Of a stretch of 64,000 bases of DNA, positions 38,201 through 52,288 are shown in pieces. The notes beneath the pieces are model-generated. The model did not search any database and was not told the origin of the DNA. It worked only from the letters and a program-made list of their open reading frames with translations. The DNA comes from Tubulanus polymorphus (taxonomy: Eukaryota > Animalia > Nemertea). The position numbers and the translations under genes are program-made. Where the stretch lies: contig NC_134026.1 of NCBI RefSeq assembly GCF_964204645.1, positions 2,937,950 through 3,001,949 on the forward strand, read 5' to 3'. The stretch's first letter is position 1. Each line of letters begins with the position of its first letter.

Positions 38201-40461
38201 TGACATAATAATTTCTAATTTATCATTATGTGCCACATCATAGTCGTAGTCGTCATCATTAAACTTAAAACATCATACAATTATCATCATCATACAATTG
38301 TGCGTTATATATTCATCTCCATCACAAGTAATTATCATATATTTACATAATACAACAATATATCATCAGCATCTAACTCGAGGACAAGCGAGGAGCAGGT
38401 TATTTCACTAATATCAAGGACGTGACACATAGCAGAGAGAGAGAGGAGAAAGAGAAGCTATGGAACTAGGTGAAGCATTGGCGGGTGCGCGGCTAGCTAT
38501 TATTACATCAAACTCTTATACAATGAAGCTAATTTTTAAAAGATGACCTAGAGCTGTCAGAAGTGAAGCCATAATATTCCTCCACTCATCTCTCTCGACA
38601 TGAGAAAATATAACAGCCACCCGCGCAAAACATGAACTGTTCCCGCCAAATTTCTGCGAATCGTCAGTACATTCAGAGATTCTAAGAAAAATTATCGATT
38701 CCGACATCAAAACAACTCTTCTTCTCGCCGAGTGTCAAATATATAATAGTGACATTATTCTGACTAGTCATTTTTTTCAGGACTGGTTCTTCAGTCCGAA
38801 ACTTTTAATATACCTATATGTACATAGCGATGGTTTTTAGTAGCATGCTGTATTTAACGGTTAGTACGACCACGTGTTGACAAATCGTGGTTAATATTCA
38901 ACCCATATACAAACACCATAAAATTCACGAATTCATTAGTATTTATACAATATAGGCAGCGTTACTTACATGCCACAGTAAGTGCCAGCATTAGGATATC
39001 TATAGTTAGCAGATTCAACTATCAGGCATGTTTTTATAGTCGTACTCTCAACTTTCCACCCTTAATTACGAGTAATAAATAATCAAGGACGTGGTGTCTT
39101 AACAACCCGTGCAGATCAGTCCAAAATTATGAATACAGGCGCAAGAATTGACTGCGAAACTGAGTCTATATCAAGTTGAATCTGAGAGCTCCGGGGCACA
39201 TCGAATCTGTGGAATTTTCCTTTTATCATTAACAACATAACTACATCTAGTATTGTCATCGTTTCATACATATTTCGAATATAAAATGTAAGCACATTTT
39301 TGTTTTTTTTTAAAGTAAATCTGTATAGAAAAATATATTCACATAGTTTATCTCTAACTAATGCCCAGTAGCGGGGAAATTCACAAATGAAAGAAAATCT
39401 AGGGTGCTAGTTGCATTAAATTCAGTTTTCGCGTGACAATAAGATAGAAAGTGAAAAAGTGCCTCGGGAAAAAACGACTAATTAATCTATTCAATAAATC
39501 TACTGCATGTTACATCGACATGGCAAGGTCAGAGCTGATAATCAGGTCCCGGTCTCTCGTTTCATGCGGGGTAACTTCCTGATATATCTCATGACAATTT
39601 CCAGCGATCGGCGCGCGCGCTAATAACATCTGCACGATCTAGCTTCCAGGATTATTAGCATTTCTAAACGACTGGTGACGTCAAAGTCACCCGAACAATA
39701 GCTACATACCATATATTCAAGTATAGAGCACACATTATTAATTGGTTTGATTACAATGTTACAAATAGAAGGCTGGTAAGTTTTAACAACCTTCATACTG
39801 CGAGTATACTATTTACATACATGATTAGCGAGTGCCAGCACCCCCGAAACTATTCCACTAGCAAAAAGTAAAATTAGAGGATATCTAATGATCTCTTCAA
39901 TGATTTAATGATGTTTGATTTTTTTTTAAAGTCGGCGCTGATGTTTTTCTATTAATAGGTTTTTTATTGATATTGCGATGAAGCCTAGTCCTGATACATA
40001 AACCGATATAGTTTGAAATTACTAGCTCCAGGGCCCTCGATCCACTTGACATATATACCGAGGTTAAACCGATGACGGAGTGGCTGGCAGCGATAACGTT
40101 AACAATGCCTGGTCAACGCTTAGTAACACATGTCACTCCGGGACACTGCGTTCGTATCGAATACCGATTTCATCATGTGACCTTGCAAAAAAGTAAAAAA
40201 TTGCCACCCGATAATTTAATGAAGTTAAAACATGCGATACAAAGTGCATGAAATATATGTATTTTTTCCAAGTGTCGCACGTTGCCGGTAAATCTCTCAA
40301 AACCTGAAACAGCTGTACAGATTTCTCCGCCATATTTGAATCATCAGCAAAATACGTATGACATCGCGATGATTGATGACAATTTCGCAACAACTACGTG
40401 CATTTACTGAAACACTGACAAACACGAGTTCAAATCAGTGTTCAAATACAGGGTTCTAATA

Positions 40462-40751
40462 CAGGGTTCTTACGGATTTCCCAATTTCATTTTCCATACC
40501 CCTAAGTTACACATACGAGCCAAGAATAGGCCCATTCAAAGTAAATAACTGCCAATTATCAAATCAATACCATTGACAAAGTGTTATCAAATGTACAGTA
40601 AGACATTTAGGCGTATAGCATAAAACGCAAAATTTGAAAATTTCATTTCGAGACAATCTTCTGACTTTCCATAGAGAATTTCCGTAGCTGTTCTAGGCCC
40701 TGGAACAATATTCCCATTTACATAAACTTTCCAAAACCGGTAAGAGCCCTG
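40462..40751. mobile_element. 290-bp MITE with TA target-site duplication (Tc1/mariner-type ends)
   Basis: TA|cagggttcttacgg ... ccggtaagagccctg|TA; a short extra copy of the left end (tacagggttct) lies just upstream. Confidence 0.7.
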
Positions 40752-43700
40752 TATATAATACGATTTACCGCCCGTGTCTCTTGAAAACGAATCAATACGC
40801 CCTAAAGACTGTATGAGATTGAATTAGAGACGTTAACCTCGGTAATGTCGATCGGGAAACTAACGAACTTTCGTCACAAACTCGGGGGGGGGGGGGGGCA
40901 ATTACAATAGCAATCACACGTTCGCGTATTAACGACAATATCGAATGATGAAATCATCAGCGAGTACGAAGATCATTAACGCACCGTTCGAATACGGTGT
41001 GTACGTTTTTGGCGCTTTTTAGGCATTATTGAACCTGAGAAGAGACGACACGTATATTCAAACGCATGACATAAAATACTGAAGATTTAATAGCTCTGAG
41101 TAAAATGTAGCGAACCATAAAAACAACACGCATCACAATCACTCATTACAAGTTTTTTATCTGTTTTATCATTATCACTACCAGTATTAATCAATGCCCG
41201 CTGAAATATCTGTCATGTGTGGTTTTCAATTAAAAAAAAAATTAAAAAAAACATGCAATGATGCCAAAAAATGAATTCCATTTCATCGAATGTAGAGTTT
41301 ATTTTATACTCAACTGTTTGTCACATTCAGTAAATAATGCCGCAAGGAATCTTAATCCGAGAATTCATCATTTTAATATTATGTAATACTGTCATAAATT
41401 ACACTGGCAAATTAATTCATCGCCACCTTTATAATGCCGGTTTCTACAGTTCAATCTAGAAATTTCCCAGTAGGTCTGCTGGTCTACAACGACCACGAGG
41501 AGAGTCATAAAATACGCGAAATGTTCTCAACTGACGGTTATTTTGGTAGAAGAGAACAAAACGCGTGGCTCGATCTGAACTAGAATATCGAATCGGGTTT
41601 AAATTATCGTACTGATTATGAAATGAATTCGAGGCACATGGATCGAAGTCAACAAAATCCAACTAATCTATCGCGGGTAATAGGCCCCTATCTTCGTTTA
41701 AAAATGTCAGACACAATAGCTGCGGTCGAAGATCATAAGTTTTTTTTTGGCGGCCTCATGAGACTAATGAAAGTTCAACAAGACTGCGTTTAGCAAACAC
41801 TAAAGTGTCAGTCACCCGAGGATCATTAATTCATAAACAGCACGCATTAGTTATATAAGAAGAAACCAACTGGGATGGATAGATAGATGCTGCTTCGTCT
41901 GACTCATTCTAAACCCTCGATTTTAAGGCACGGAAAAAATACCCAGCCACACGTGCGTGTGTGTCACGCTATTCAACACAAAAGATAAACCAACTGAAGC
42001 ACAGAAACGAGGTTGAGGGGTTGAACAATTCTCTCCAACATCCGTTTCACGTAGATTCCAATAGCATTTGGGTCATCACCGCATTCATTTTTGCATTATG
42101 AAAGAAGATTGCTTTTAGGGCCTAGTTTAGTACACAATAATCGCAATAATTGAGGTCAGACGTCATCAAGCGAGTCATTTTTCCAGGTCCCCCACGACCA
42201 ATCCAATAATATTAGTTCGATTGAAGCGCGGTGTATTTTTCCACGGACAGCTATATTATAACGTACTTATAGCTCGTGGCAATGTATGTTATATTACTGC
42301 CCTTGATTTATCCCTGAAACCCAACAAAACACGTGGCACTAGTTGTTCTCCGGTGCCTGGAGTCGAGTATTTCCCTGGATATACCGGTACCATCCGAAAT
42401 GATGTTTCTTCACGCAATCTACAATCAACAGGAATTTCTGTCTCAAAAACAAATACTTGTACTACAAATATATATATATACGCATATGCGTTAGTTTCTT
42501 ATCAGTTTTTACCCAAAATAGAATAACTTAACGAGAAAGACTTATCTCTAAAGTACGCTAAACCTCGGTGTCAAACGCGGCAAGGCATTCAACTCAACAT
42601 CCACATGAGTGCATGTCATGAACTGATGCGAGCTCAAGTTGTTTTTTCACGGTAAAGTAAGCTCGACCCCGGTGACTGTTTACCACGAATGTCCTTGGTT
42701 TATTGATTTTTTTCTCGGTGCAAACAAAGATGCCAACGCACTGACTTCATAGTATGAGTTGATGACATCTATGACCCGGGTGATATGTACTTCTATCACC
42801 AACCAGAAATGACACTACGCTATTGCCATGTACTTCAACTTAGCGACCATTTCAATTAATATTCCCCGACACTATCTGATATTTCTGAACGAAGCCATTG
42901 AACTCATTCCGAAATATAACGCAACTAACTGATCGACAAATTTCACTTGTCACGAAATGGCACGCAATATTTTCTCAACTAGCACCAAAACTAAGAAGCA
43001 TACCTAATTACGAATTTGAATGTCAAGTAAATAACTACCACTTGTAATACTTGAAGAAAGGTTTGAGGTTTTTTTTTAGTTAATATAAACTGAGTATTCC
43101 TCTTATACAAATAAAGCTCAATGCTCCGGTACGCGGTAATAATAAACACTTTTTCGATAAAACACGTTATTTACAAAATTACTAAGACAAATTCATGACA
43201 CCGTTATATACCGTTCATCAAACGATGACTGACCCGCCACAGTCTAGCCACGAGACGTCGGTTTACTTTTCCTGTATCATGATTTGTTCTTAAAATATCG
43301 AATGATGATGAGGTGATGATGAAAAATTATGAAAAAATGTCGATTTATATCATCTCATTTAAGACTATTATTATATTCTATACAATTCATAATGCCCATT
43401 GTATTCAATATTATCCTTTATAGTAAATATTTCTATAAAAGAGTATTTTAATTTCATTATTAATACTTATACGGATGTTTTTTTTTTTTTTACTTCAATA
43501 TATAGACAAGGCCTTAAATCGTCATTATCCGATATCATCGCGATTTCAACTTTACAGAAATAAACAAAAACCTCACAGCTCAAGCACGCTTTAGCGTCAA
43601 CCGATGGCATTCCCACGACCGTATTCTCTCTGAAGGCAGTTTCCGAAAAAAGATGACGACGATAACTTGAAACGCATCGGTCGGAGGAAGACTAGAAAAC

Positions 43701-43828
43701 CACATTTCTAAGCCATTCAATTCTGAGGGAATACCTCAGAATAAATGAGATAAAACTAATATTTTCTAAATTCTGATTTTCACGTGGCTCAATGCTTAAT
43801 CAAACGCCTGCTGGAGAGCCGGTGGGTC

Positions 43829-44030
43829 ATCCGAGAGTCACCTAACTAGGCATAATAATCTGAGTTTTAAGTTTCTAATGATTTCTAGCTGATCTAATCT
43901 TCTCAACAAAATAAACTCTTTTTTTTCATATAACTTGAATCCGAGAGTCACCTAACTAGGCCTGATAATCAGAGTTAAAAATTAAGATTTCCAGCTAATC
44001 GAATCTTCTCCGTAAAATGAATACCCTTTT
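43829..44030. repeat. ~110-bp imperfect direct duplication
   Basis: atccgagagtcacctaactaggc at 43829 and 43939, followed by similar sequence ending in T-runs. Confidence 0.75.
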
Positions 44031-44951
44031 TTTTTCATTATATAACGTGAAAACTCTCTAGTAAAATAAAACTCCCGTTCGATAGTTCTGGGTAAGAGTT
44101 TGAGAATTGAAATAAAGTTCATTTCAAATGTTTAAACCTTCCAGTCGAATTCAAACCGCGAACTACGCCGGAACCGTATCCTGCCTTTCAGTTTCATTCT
44201 TACAAATTTTTAGCACACTGATATCAACGCCTAGCGACCAACAATAAAAAAATTTCCACACTCTTCACAGAAAATCGCTCCGGTCTTCAGAACCGAAGTA
44301 TACAACAAGCACCCTTTACTATTTACAGCTGTAATTACAACATCATTTTTTAGTCTGTACAAAAAATGCAACTTCCATCAAGTCATTGAGAGGATTAAAC
44401 ATATACATTCATCATTAGTTTTAAATATACAGTTTTTCGTATTTTTTTTTACGTAGAAAAAAAAAATCAGCATTTTTGCTGCCTCCATTTCTTATCAATC
44501 GAACAATTCAAATCACAGCTATGCCTAATGTCAAATCTATCTGATTACCAGAATTTTGACATAATTATTTATATATATAGATATAAGTCTTTCCGAATAT
44601 AATATGTGCGATTTTCCTACCAAATTTAACCCAATGAAGAACTGAAGTGGTTGTCTTTTCATCTCTATTTACGTAGTACATTTTCTCGTTTAATTTTGGT
44701 AAGCAAAAAATGTTTTCTTTTGGGAAACCGAACAAACCAATCAAAACTAGAATCAAATCAATATTCATAATTTCTGGAATGAAAGGAAAAGTATTTATCA
44801 AAAAATATCCCATGCTCCTTTTTCACGACGAACGCCGTGTTTAACCACTTCAGAACTCAAAACAGTTGAAATCTTATACAATCAATAATTATTAGTAATA
44901 AAATAATATTCAAAAGGATACATAATTCAAGCTGTGATTATTAAATTCTGG

Positions 44952-45965
44952 TTAAGTGGATTTTTCTTCAGCAGTCTCGTCATCTTTTTTAAGAATCCAA
45001 ATAAATTCTTCGTCCCGCACGTCCTGCTCGCTGCAGTCCTTCTCGATTCCGCTGTCGTTTCGACACCTATCCGCCGGCTCCGCCAAGTCCTTGACCTCCG
45101 TATTGATTTTGACCGTAGCGACGACGGGCAAATGATCGAACACATCGCCGCCGCCCTCGCTTAATTCCGTACGAGATTCATCCGGAGAAATCAACTGACC
45201 GTCGTCGGCCATGATCAGCTGTCCGTTCGCCGTCATTTCCGAGCTGAAATGCCTCCGTCTGCCGGGATGTTTACCGTTCTTCGCCGCTTCGTTCGACGTT
45301 TCCTCATCGAGCTCGCCGAGATTGACGGCAGTCGTCGGCACGAACCACAGCGTCGAATTACCGATGCACGGCTCGTAGAAATCGCTGAACTCGCGCGGAC
45401 CGCGTCGCCGCGACTTACGCAACGACGACAAACACAAAATCCAATGAGCGGTCGCCGCGAAAAACTCCAACGACGACATCACTATCAGTAAAACGTCGAC
45501 CATTTCGAACAGCACCATATCGTCCTGGTGTTCACGTACGATCTCCTCTAAATCGATGGCCGTCTTGGCGAGAACGCCGATCGCCAGGATACTCGAACTG
45601 ATCGAAATCAACATGCACATGACGATGTGCCGCATCAGTTTCGTATTCGCCGCGTACAATCCGAATCCGCCGCCGGTTAACGCCGCCATCCCCGACAAAA
45701 CGGCCAAAACAACCGGTAAAACGTGGTCGACGGTCAGTTTGAACACGAGGAACAGCTGCATCAGTAAAATCACGATTCCGCACATAACTTGCGTTTCGCC
45801 CATCATATTGCACCGATGCGTATTGAAATCTTCGCACGTTTCGGTTTTATTTACGAATTGCGGCACGGCGAAACGCACTTTGTGCTTTCCTCCTTTGTGA
45901 TGGTACGGTTTGATGGCAGCTTCCTTCTCGCTGACGCATTCACAGCATAAACTAATGGGTGACAT
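44952..45965 (-). CDS. Four-TM MS4A/CD20-like membrane protein with acidic C-terminal tail
   Basis: 337-aa ORF with four hydrophobic segments (VMCGIVILL..., LSGMAALTGGGFGLYAA, MLISISSSILAI, IVMSSLEFFAAT...C). Probable 5'UTR intron ~46074-46897. Confidence 0.7.
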   Translation of the reverse strand: MSPISLCCECVSEKEAAIKPYHHKGGKHKVRFAVPQFVNKTETCEDFNTHRCNMMGETQVMCGIVILLMQLFLVFKLTVDHVLPVVLAVLSGMAALTGGGFGLYAANTKLMRHIVMCMLISISSSILAIGVLAKTAIDLEEIVREHQDDMVLFEMVDVLLIVMSSLEFFAATAHWILCLSSLRKSRRRGPREFSDFYEPCIGNSTLWFVPTTAVNLGELDEETSNEAAKNGKHPGRRRHFSSEMTANGQLIMADDGQLISPDESRTELSEGGGDVFDHLPVVATVKINTEVKDLAEPADRCRNDSGIEKDCSEQDVRDEEFIWILKKDDETAEEKST

Positions 45966-47641
45966 GGTGGGTTATTTCTTTCCGTCTCGGATCCAGGAGC
46001 TGTGTTAATTGCTACCTGGACGCTATAAAACACTCATCAGGACTGTTACTATAGTGAGGCTAGTCTCATACCCCTGAAAAATGAAAGAAAGAGAAACAAA
46101 TGTTTTAATCACTCATCGGATTATCAAATGAACGTCATAAAATGGTTTTCCGAAAATCTGTTTCATAAATTGACGTCTTCAACGGAGAAAAAAAAATATA
46201 CAATATACCCTTTCTCTGTATTTATAAGGGAAGAAAGAAATGATTTAACAGAGCGCGGATGGTAACAGCGAGCCTCATGCTTCACTCGTGTGCATTCCAT
46301 GATGCACGAGGCCGCTCCTCTCCCCAGCACAGTGTCTAATTAATAACCGCTGAATTCATCAGATCACAGCGATAGGCTACAGACAGCAAAATAAAAAGCT
46401 AGTTTATTAGATATGAAAATATCTCATATCTTCCGCCGGGTTAAAATATTCCATTACGGAACTCTTCTTAGTTAGTAACCAGTCTTTTGTCTGCAAAATG
46501 GGGATTTAAAAAGTACACAATAACCTTGACATTCATCGACCGCGGATCAGCTGTTGGTTAAAACGTCAACTGTAAGTCAACGAAAACCGTCTGAATCGGT
46601 TAAGATTTTCAAAAAACGATTATTGCACACTACTAACATTAAAATCAAGATCGGTTTGCAACTTAAACGCTGTCAAATCAGTATTTCGTTAAGAAAGTGT
46701 GTGGGTGTAAACCATGCTATTTTCTAGGAAATTTATCCAGGGTTCAAGCCAACCCGGCGCTGCGCAATTTTGCAATCACGCCACTTTTTCAAACTCGATT
46801 TAAGAATAAATGACAGCATATCAAAACGCAAATTTGCAATTTATAATATTACAGGTATTTAAATTCGTAGCAAAAGTGTCAGATCGAAGTGTTCTTACCC
46901 GCAACACAGTTAAATCGGCTCTTAATCCTGCACGTAAAATCCTGCACATCAGCCATTATTCTAGGATGAGCTACCGGCCGAACTAGGTCAACGCGGCTAG
47001 TGCGTCCTCTCGTCGAGAGAGGGCAGTAGCTTACGATCCTGTTAGAGGGCGCCAGCTGCCGGTACCGAATTCGTGGAGTTCCGAGTTATTGAACCTTTGA
47101 TCAACCAAACAGCTGTCAAAGTTTTTTGTTTTTATATTGGATACTGGATATCGATCTAATCAGATATCGAGTATTCAGGTAAGTTGACAGACGTTAGTAA
47201 GTGAAGAATGAGGAATTGCATAATAGGCCTATATGATTATTGAATTTTAGTAGGCTTGAATTTGAACGGATAAAATGCCAGAGAGAAGAAAGCGAAAGGG
47301 AAGGCGGGTGCCCGTTGGAAAAAAACGAACAAGCCGAAAAGGAAGGCTGCCTCTTTATAGGTGCACCATGGCCGGGCTGGTCTGACTACCATACGATGTA
47401 CCGTGTTCCCCTTCACTACAGCGATGGGCTGATTAATGCTGTGGACGGTGTCCGTAATGGTCATGATGGTTGATTTGATATAGGCCTGCTATTACATCAA
47501 TCATAGTGATAGTTTGAGTAGCATAAATTAAATGAACTGACTGGCCCAGTTGATGTTTACAATTAATTCGTCAAAAAAGGCACATGCATTTAATTGTCTT
47601 TTTTAGATACCACAAATTGTTGGCAAAGAAAACGAGGAATA

Positions 47642-50600
47642 ATGGCTTCGCTGACCGCCAGTGGAAGCGGCACTATTTGGATCGTTTTCATATCATTGAT
47701 TATTGATTTGATTGGTTTCACAGTTATTTTACCATTGTTGCCGGCACAGCTGGAGTACTATGGCAGACAAGATGAGGTTAGTTATTCCACAATTAGACTG
47801 ACATCTGACTAACAATTTGGTGCTTTATTTATTTTTACTCGGCCTAAATTCAATTCCGTGTTGAAACAGGAAGAAGAATACTCTTATCAATAGTGGAATT
47901 TTAGAATGAATCTCTTGACCTATAAATAAATGTTCATCGATTCGAAAATTTTTGTTTTCCAGGATAATTTTTATTCTACAATATTGAAGTCGGTGCGAGG
48001 ATTCAGAGGACTGGTCGGTGCTCCCGATACCCCGAGATGGAACGCGGTTTTATTTGGAGGTAAATGAAAAAATATTCCAATTTTGTATTAGATTCAACAT
48101 CACTGTATATATGCTTCTATATGATTTGTAGGTTTTATTGGATCATTGTTCTCAATGCTACAGTTTGTGTCATCTCCATTGACTGGTGCACTGTCTGATG
48201 TCTGGGGTAGAAAATCTGTACTCATTATTTCAATGGTAGTTAATCATTTATTCATCGAAATTCAGCTTTCAGAACATAAGTGATCAATGCAAGAAGGTCT
48301 ATACATGTGTTATAGAAGACATGCCTACTCATGTCGCTAAGCTGAGCTTGCGGTCCATAAAACTGAATCCAAGACTCGAATGGGGCCCAAGAGAACTCAG
48401 TATATTTTATAGGCCCTATAGTACATTTTATCTTTCTATTTCAGATCGGTGTAGCCGTATCTTACGGTTTATGGGCAGTGTCATGGAACTTTAGCTGGTT
48501 CGTTTTAGCGCGATTCATCGGTGGACTGAGTAAAGGCAATGTTAGTCTAGCTATAACTATCATCACAGATTGTACTTCGGTGAAGAATCGCAGTAAAGGC
48601 ATGGTAAGCATTTCATTATCAGAAACGTCAAGTGTGCTCTGAAGATAACTGTTGACATCAAAATGTGCATCGAACGTGATGAACTTGTCCATTGTTCGTT
48701 TCAATCGAATTTATCGAGCCACTTGCAAAACAAAGATTGTCAAGTGGAAAGATTGTAATGCCTAGGAGAAATGTTCTAAGCACTAAGACAATCTGTGAGT
48801 TTTTGCTAGATAAAAAATGAATTATTGATTTAATCTACATTGTAATTAGTTCCAGTGCACAAGTTAAACTTTGAGTATGTATGTATTCTCTATGCAATTT
48901 GGTTTGTGAATTTGAATTCTTTGCAGTTCCATCATTTCGCTATTTGTTGACAATCGACTAGTGGTGGAGGGCTTTTTGTGGTAGTTACACTGCTCTGGTG
49001 ATACCTTGATAGATGATACATAGCAAAATCGTGTACACTCGAAATTGAAAACGCTCTTATCTAAACCTAGATATATTTTATTTCATATTTCATAATGCAC
49101 TCTACTAGACATGTTTATTGTACTCACATACTATAATACTTGTATAATAGATTCTTTTATACCCAATTGCCATACAGGTATTGCTCTAACTTACCAGTTA
49201 TGTTTTCTCAAAAACTGATAATTATCTAATTCAATTTCAGGCATTGATTGGTATAGCTTTTTCTTTGGGTTTCCTAATCGGTCCATTATGCGGAGCAGCA
49301 TTCGCGAAATGGTCTCGTAGCCATCAAGATGAATTCTTCCAGGCTCCTGCTCTTTTCGCTCTTGTCTTATCACTCATTGATATACTATTCGTAATCATTT
49401 GTCTGAAGGAATCGTTGCCAACACAGAAAAGAGTGAGTACAAAACTGAAGAAAAATAATTAATTATCCAAATCTGTTTTGTCACTTGTCTATATTTGGTA
49501 CAAATTTGGATTGTGTCTGTCAAAATTTGTAGAATATTGTGTTTATTATTGATTTTATTCATTTTTATTGATACAATGAAAAATAAATTCATTCATTCCC
49601 TCACTCGATATGTGTGGGCCTACACAGTTGAAGATGAAATGCTTGATTATTTTATAGGCCGCATCACTAAGTGATGGTCTATCCGATGCAAGCCATTTGA
49701 TTAATCCAGTTTCGTTATTCTCCTTCAAAGCTGTAAGAAACATGTCGAATCGAGGTGAGTTTTAAAGCTGATAAATTGTATTTTGTTCATATTTCCCGGT
49801 CTATCCTTTCGATATGAACTTTCTTTTTGCCAGACACGTCAAACTTGCAGAGAATTGGTGCGGTGTATTTCCTGTATTTGCTGATATTTTCGGGATTAGA
49901 ATTTACTCTGACTTTCCTCACGCATAATCGTTTCCAATATGACAGGTACCGTTAACTCGTTAAACTATAATATAGTCCTGATATTTGAAGTAGAAAGAAT
50001 CAAGAAGTTCATTTTGCGATTTACAGCATGAAACAAGGAAAGATGTTTTTCTTCATTGGAATTGTGATGGCGACTATACAGGGTAATCCATTATTCCAAA
50101 CTGCCTAAATTACCAAGTTTGAGTCATTTTAAATGTGTAATACTAATCAAATGCCTTCTTTGTTGGTTTTAGGAGGTTATGTAAGAAGAATTAAAGTTGG
50201 AACAGAGCAGAAAACAGCTCTTCGGGTAAATGATTCCGCACGGATCATGTATTAAAGCCCAGCATTAGTGCGAGATCTCAATTGAAAATTTACTCAATTT
50301 CAGGGAATGGTGGCGCTAGTTCCTTCTTTTGTGATAATAGGTTTTACCAATAACATATGGCTTCTGTACGTTGCTCTTATATTGTTTTCATTTGGTAAGT
50401 ACCACTAACCATCATTAGTCAGATTTTTGTCCAACTCGAGAGGTATGATGTATAACATATCCACGATTATTTCAGCTGCAGGCACAGTCGTTTCATGTTT
50501 AACTACTATCATATCATCATACGGACAAGAAGATCAAAAAGGTCGAATACTCGGTATATTTCGGTCTCTGGGTGCATTATCGAGGGCCATCGGTCCTTTA

Positions 50601-50802
50601 TTAGCTAGTACTGGTAGGTGAACTAACATCTCAATAATCCCTTACAATAGTATTTGCTAGTGCCAATGTTCATGTAGATATCAACATCATCTCTATTTCA
50701 GTTTACTGGTGCGCGGGAGCAACGATATGCTACAGTATAGGCGCAGTGTCTCTCTTGTTACCGATTATATTGTTGAAAAAGTATAAATTAGCAATACTTT
50801 AA
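47642..50802 (+). CDS. MFSD10: Major facilitator superfamily domain-containing protein 10, ~12 coding exons
   Basis: IVFISLIIDLIGFTVILPLLP; NAVLFGG|FIGSLFSMLQF...LSDVWGRK; RFIGGLSKGNVSL; IGIAFSLGFLIGP; GIFRSLGALSRAIGP; TAA 50800-50802. Confidence 0.92.
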
Positions 50803-52288
50803 TGGTCAAAATTCCATCCAATCCATCCACATTATGCCGGCCGATTAACTAATGTGTCCATGAATATTCTACAAATGAAGGCTATTGAGTAGAAACCAAT
50901 GTCTTACAGGGTACTGTACATTTTATCGTTGAAAAATAAAACTCTGGATGTTCATGGCCATAATTAGCATAAATGTATATACTTTCGAAGCTTCAATGGA
51001 AATATTTTTGACCCATTATCAATAAAATGGTGCTACACAAGTTATAGTTCTGTCTTCCAGCGTATAAGCAATAGAGTGTTAATTTTGACAACAGATGAAT
51101 TTTATGCTCATTTGAACAATGAAAATCGTGGTGTTAAAAATTCTACGTTTATCAACAACCGAACAAAGTGAGCTATATGATCTCTTTTGTTTAGAAATTT
51201 ATGTACCATTTCGATTTAAGTTGAAAAAGAAAGAAATTTTCATATTTATATATAATTGTATTTTAAGCTTTAGATCAAATAAAACTAAAGAAAAATATAT
51301 TGAATTATATCGAAAAAATTGTTTTTGTTGTTGTTTAACAAACAAGACTTAAGGAGTTTCGGCCTATTTTACATGGCTTCCTCTAAAGAATTCAACACCT
51401 GTTTTGACTGTGACTAGCTGCCGACTGACATTCTGTTGTTTCTTGTAGACCAGTCGAACACCAAATTTTAAACAAAACCCGGATTTCGCTAAGAAAGCAT
51501 GAAAGTCATTTTCATTATAAAATTCATGATTTTATCTATAAATTCTACTAATACGTATAATGAGTTAACATAATATTTAAAGTAATTCACTCAAGTTGTG
51601 ACTCACTAGTTTTACAAATTTTTTTGAAAATACATTAACCACAATTGATTCCTGCATTACTTTAATAAAATGGAACAATTTCTTTTTTTTAAGCCAAAAT
51701 AGCAAAAATGGCAGATTTAGGGAGCCATATCTTAAAGACTTCACAAGATTTTTGTCAAATATAAGTACCATAAGTAGCAGCACTTCAAAATGTGTAAATA
51801 AACTGCGTTTACTTGTCAACAAGCAGGTGATGGTTGTGACTCGTAAAGAGAGTTCATTCAACAGTGCACTGTAAATATATCAGTTCTTAGGAGACATTTT
51901 AATCTAATCACATAAGCCAACATCATGGACCCATGCCTAATAACTAAACAATAAAGCACCTAACTAACACATAAAATTATCTTAATCTTTTTAAAACTTG
52001 ACATAAATCAAGTTCTCAAGCATAGAAAATTGCACCTAAATATCTGTTGTGCTTAAAAAAGTCTCAACTGTGGATATTATGAATATGACCACTTAGCCAC
52101 TTACATATTTCTTAGAACTTTTTCATAATTATATCCAGCTTCATTCCTTACTAGACACTTCATCTTAATAAAATAAACATTCCAACAAATAAGTGGAAAT
52201 CTATAAACGACAATACAACACTCGATACAGTACCGATTAAATCAATGGATCAATAACTCGTCGTCAGTTTGGATGAAGTTAGTGATAT

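Noticed and set aside
41924-41932. taaggcacg, matching the start of miR-124 (or its target site on the - strand)
   Set aside because: Only 9 nt match, no hairpin; a single seed match in 9 kb is expected by chance.
48330-48400. tRNA/SINE A-box-like fragment in an MFSD10 intron
   Set aside because: No B-box or cloverleaf can be built.
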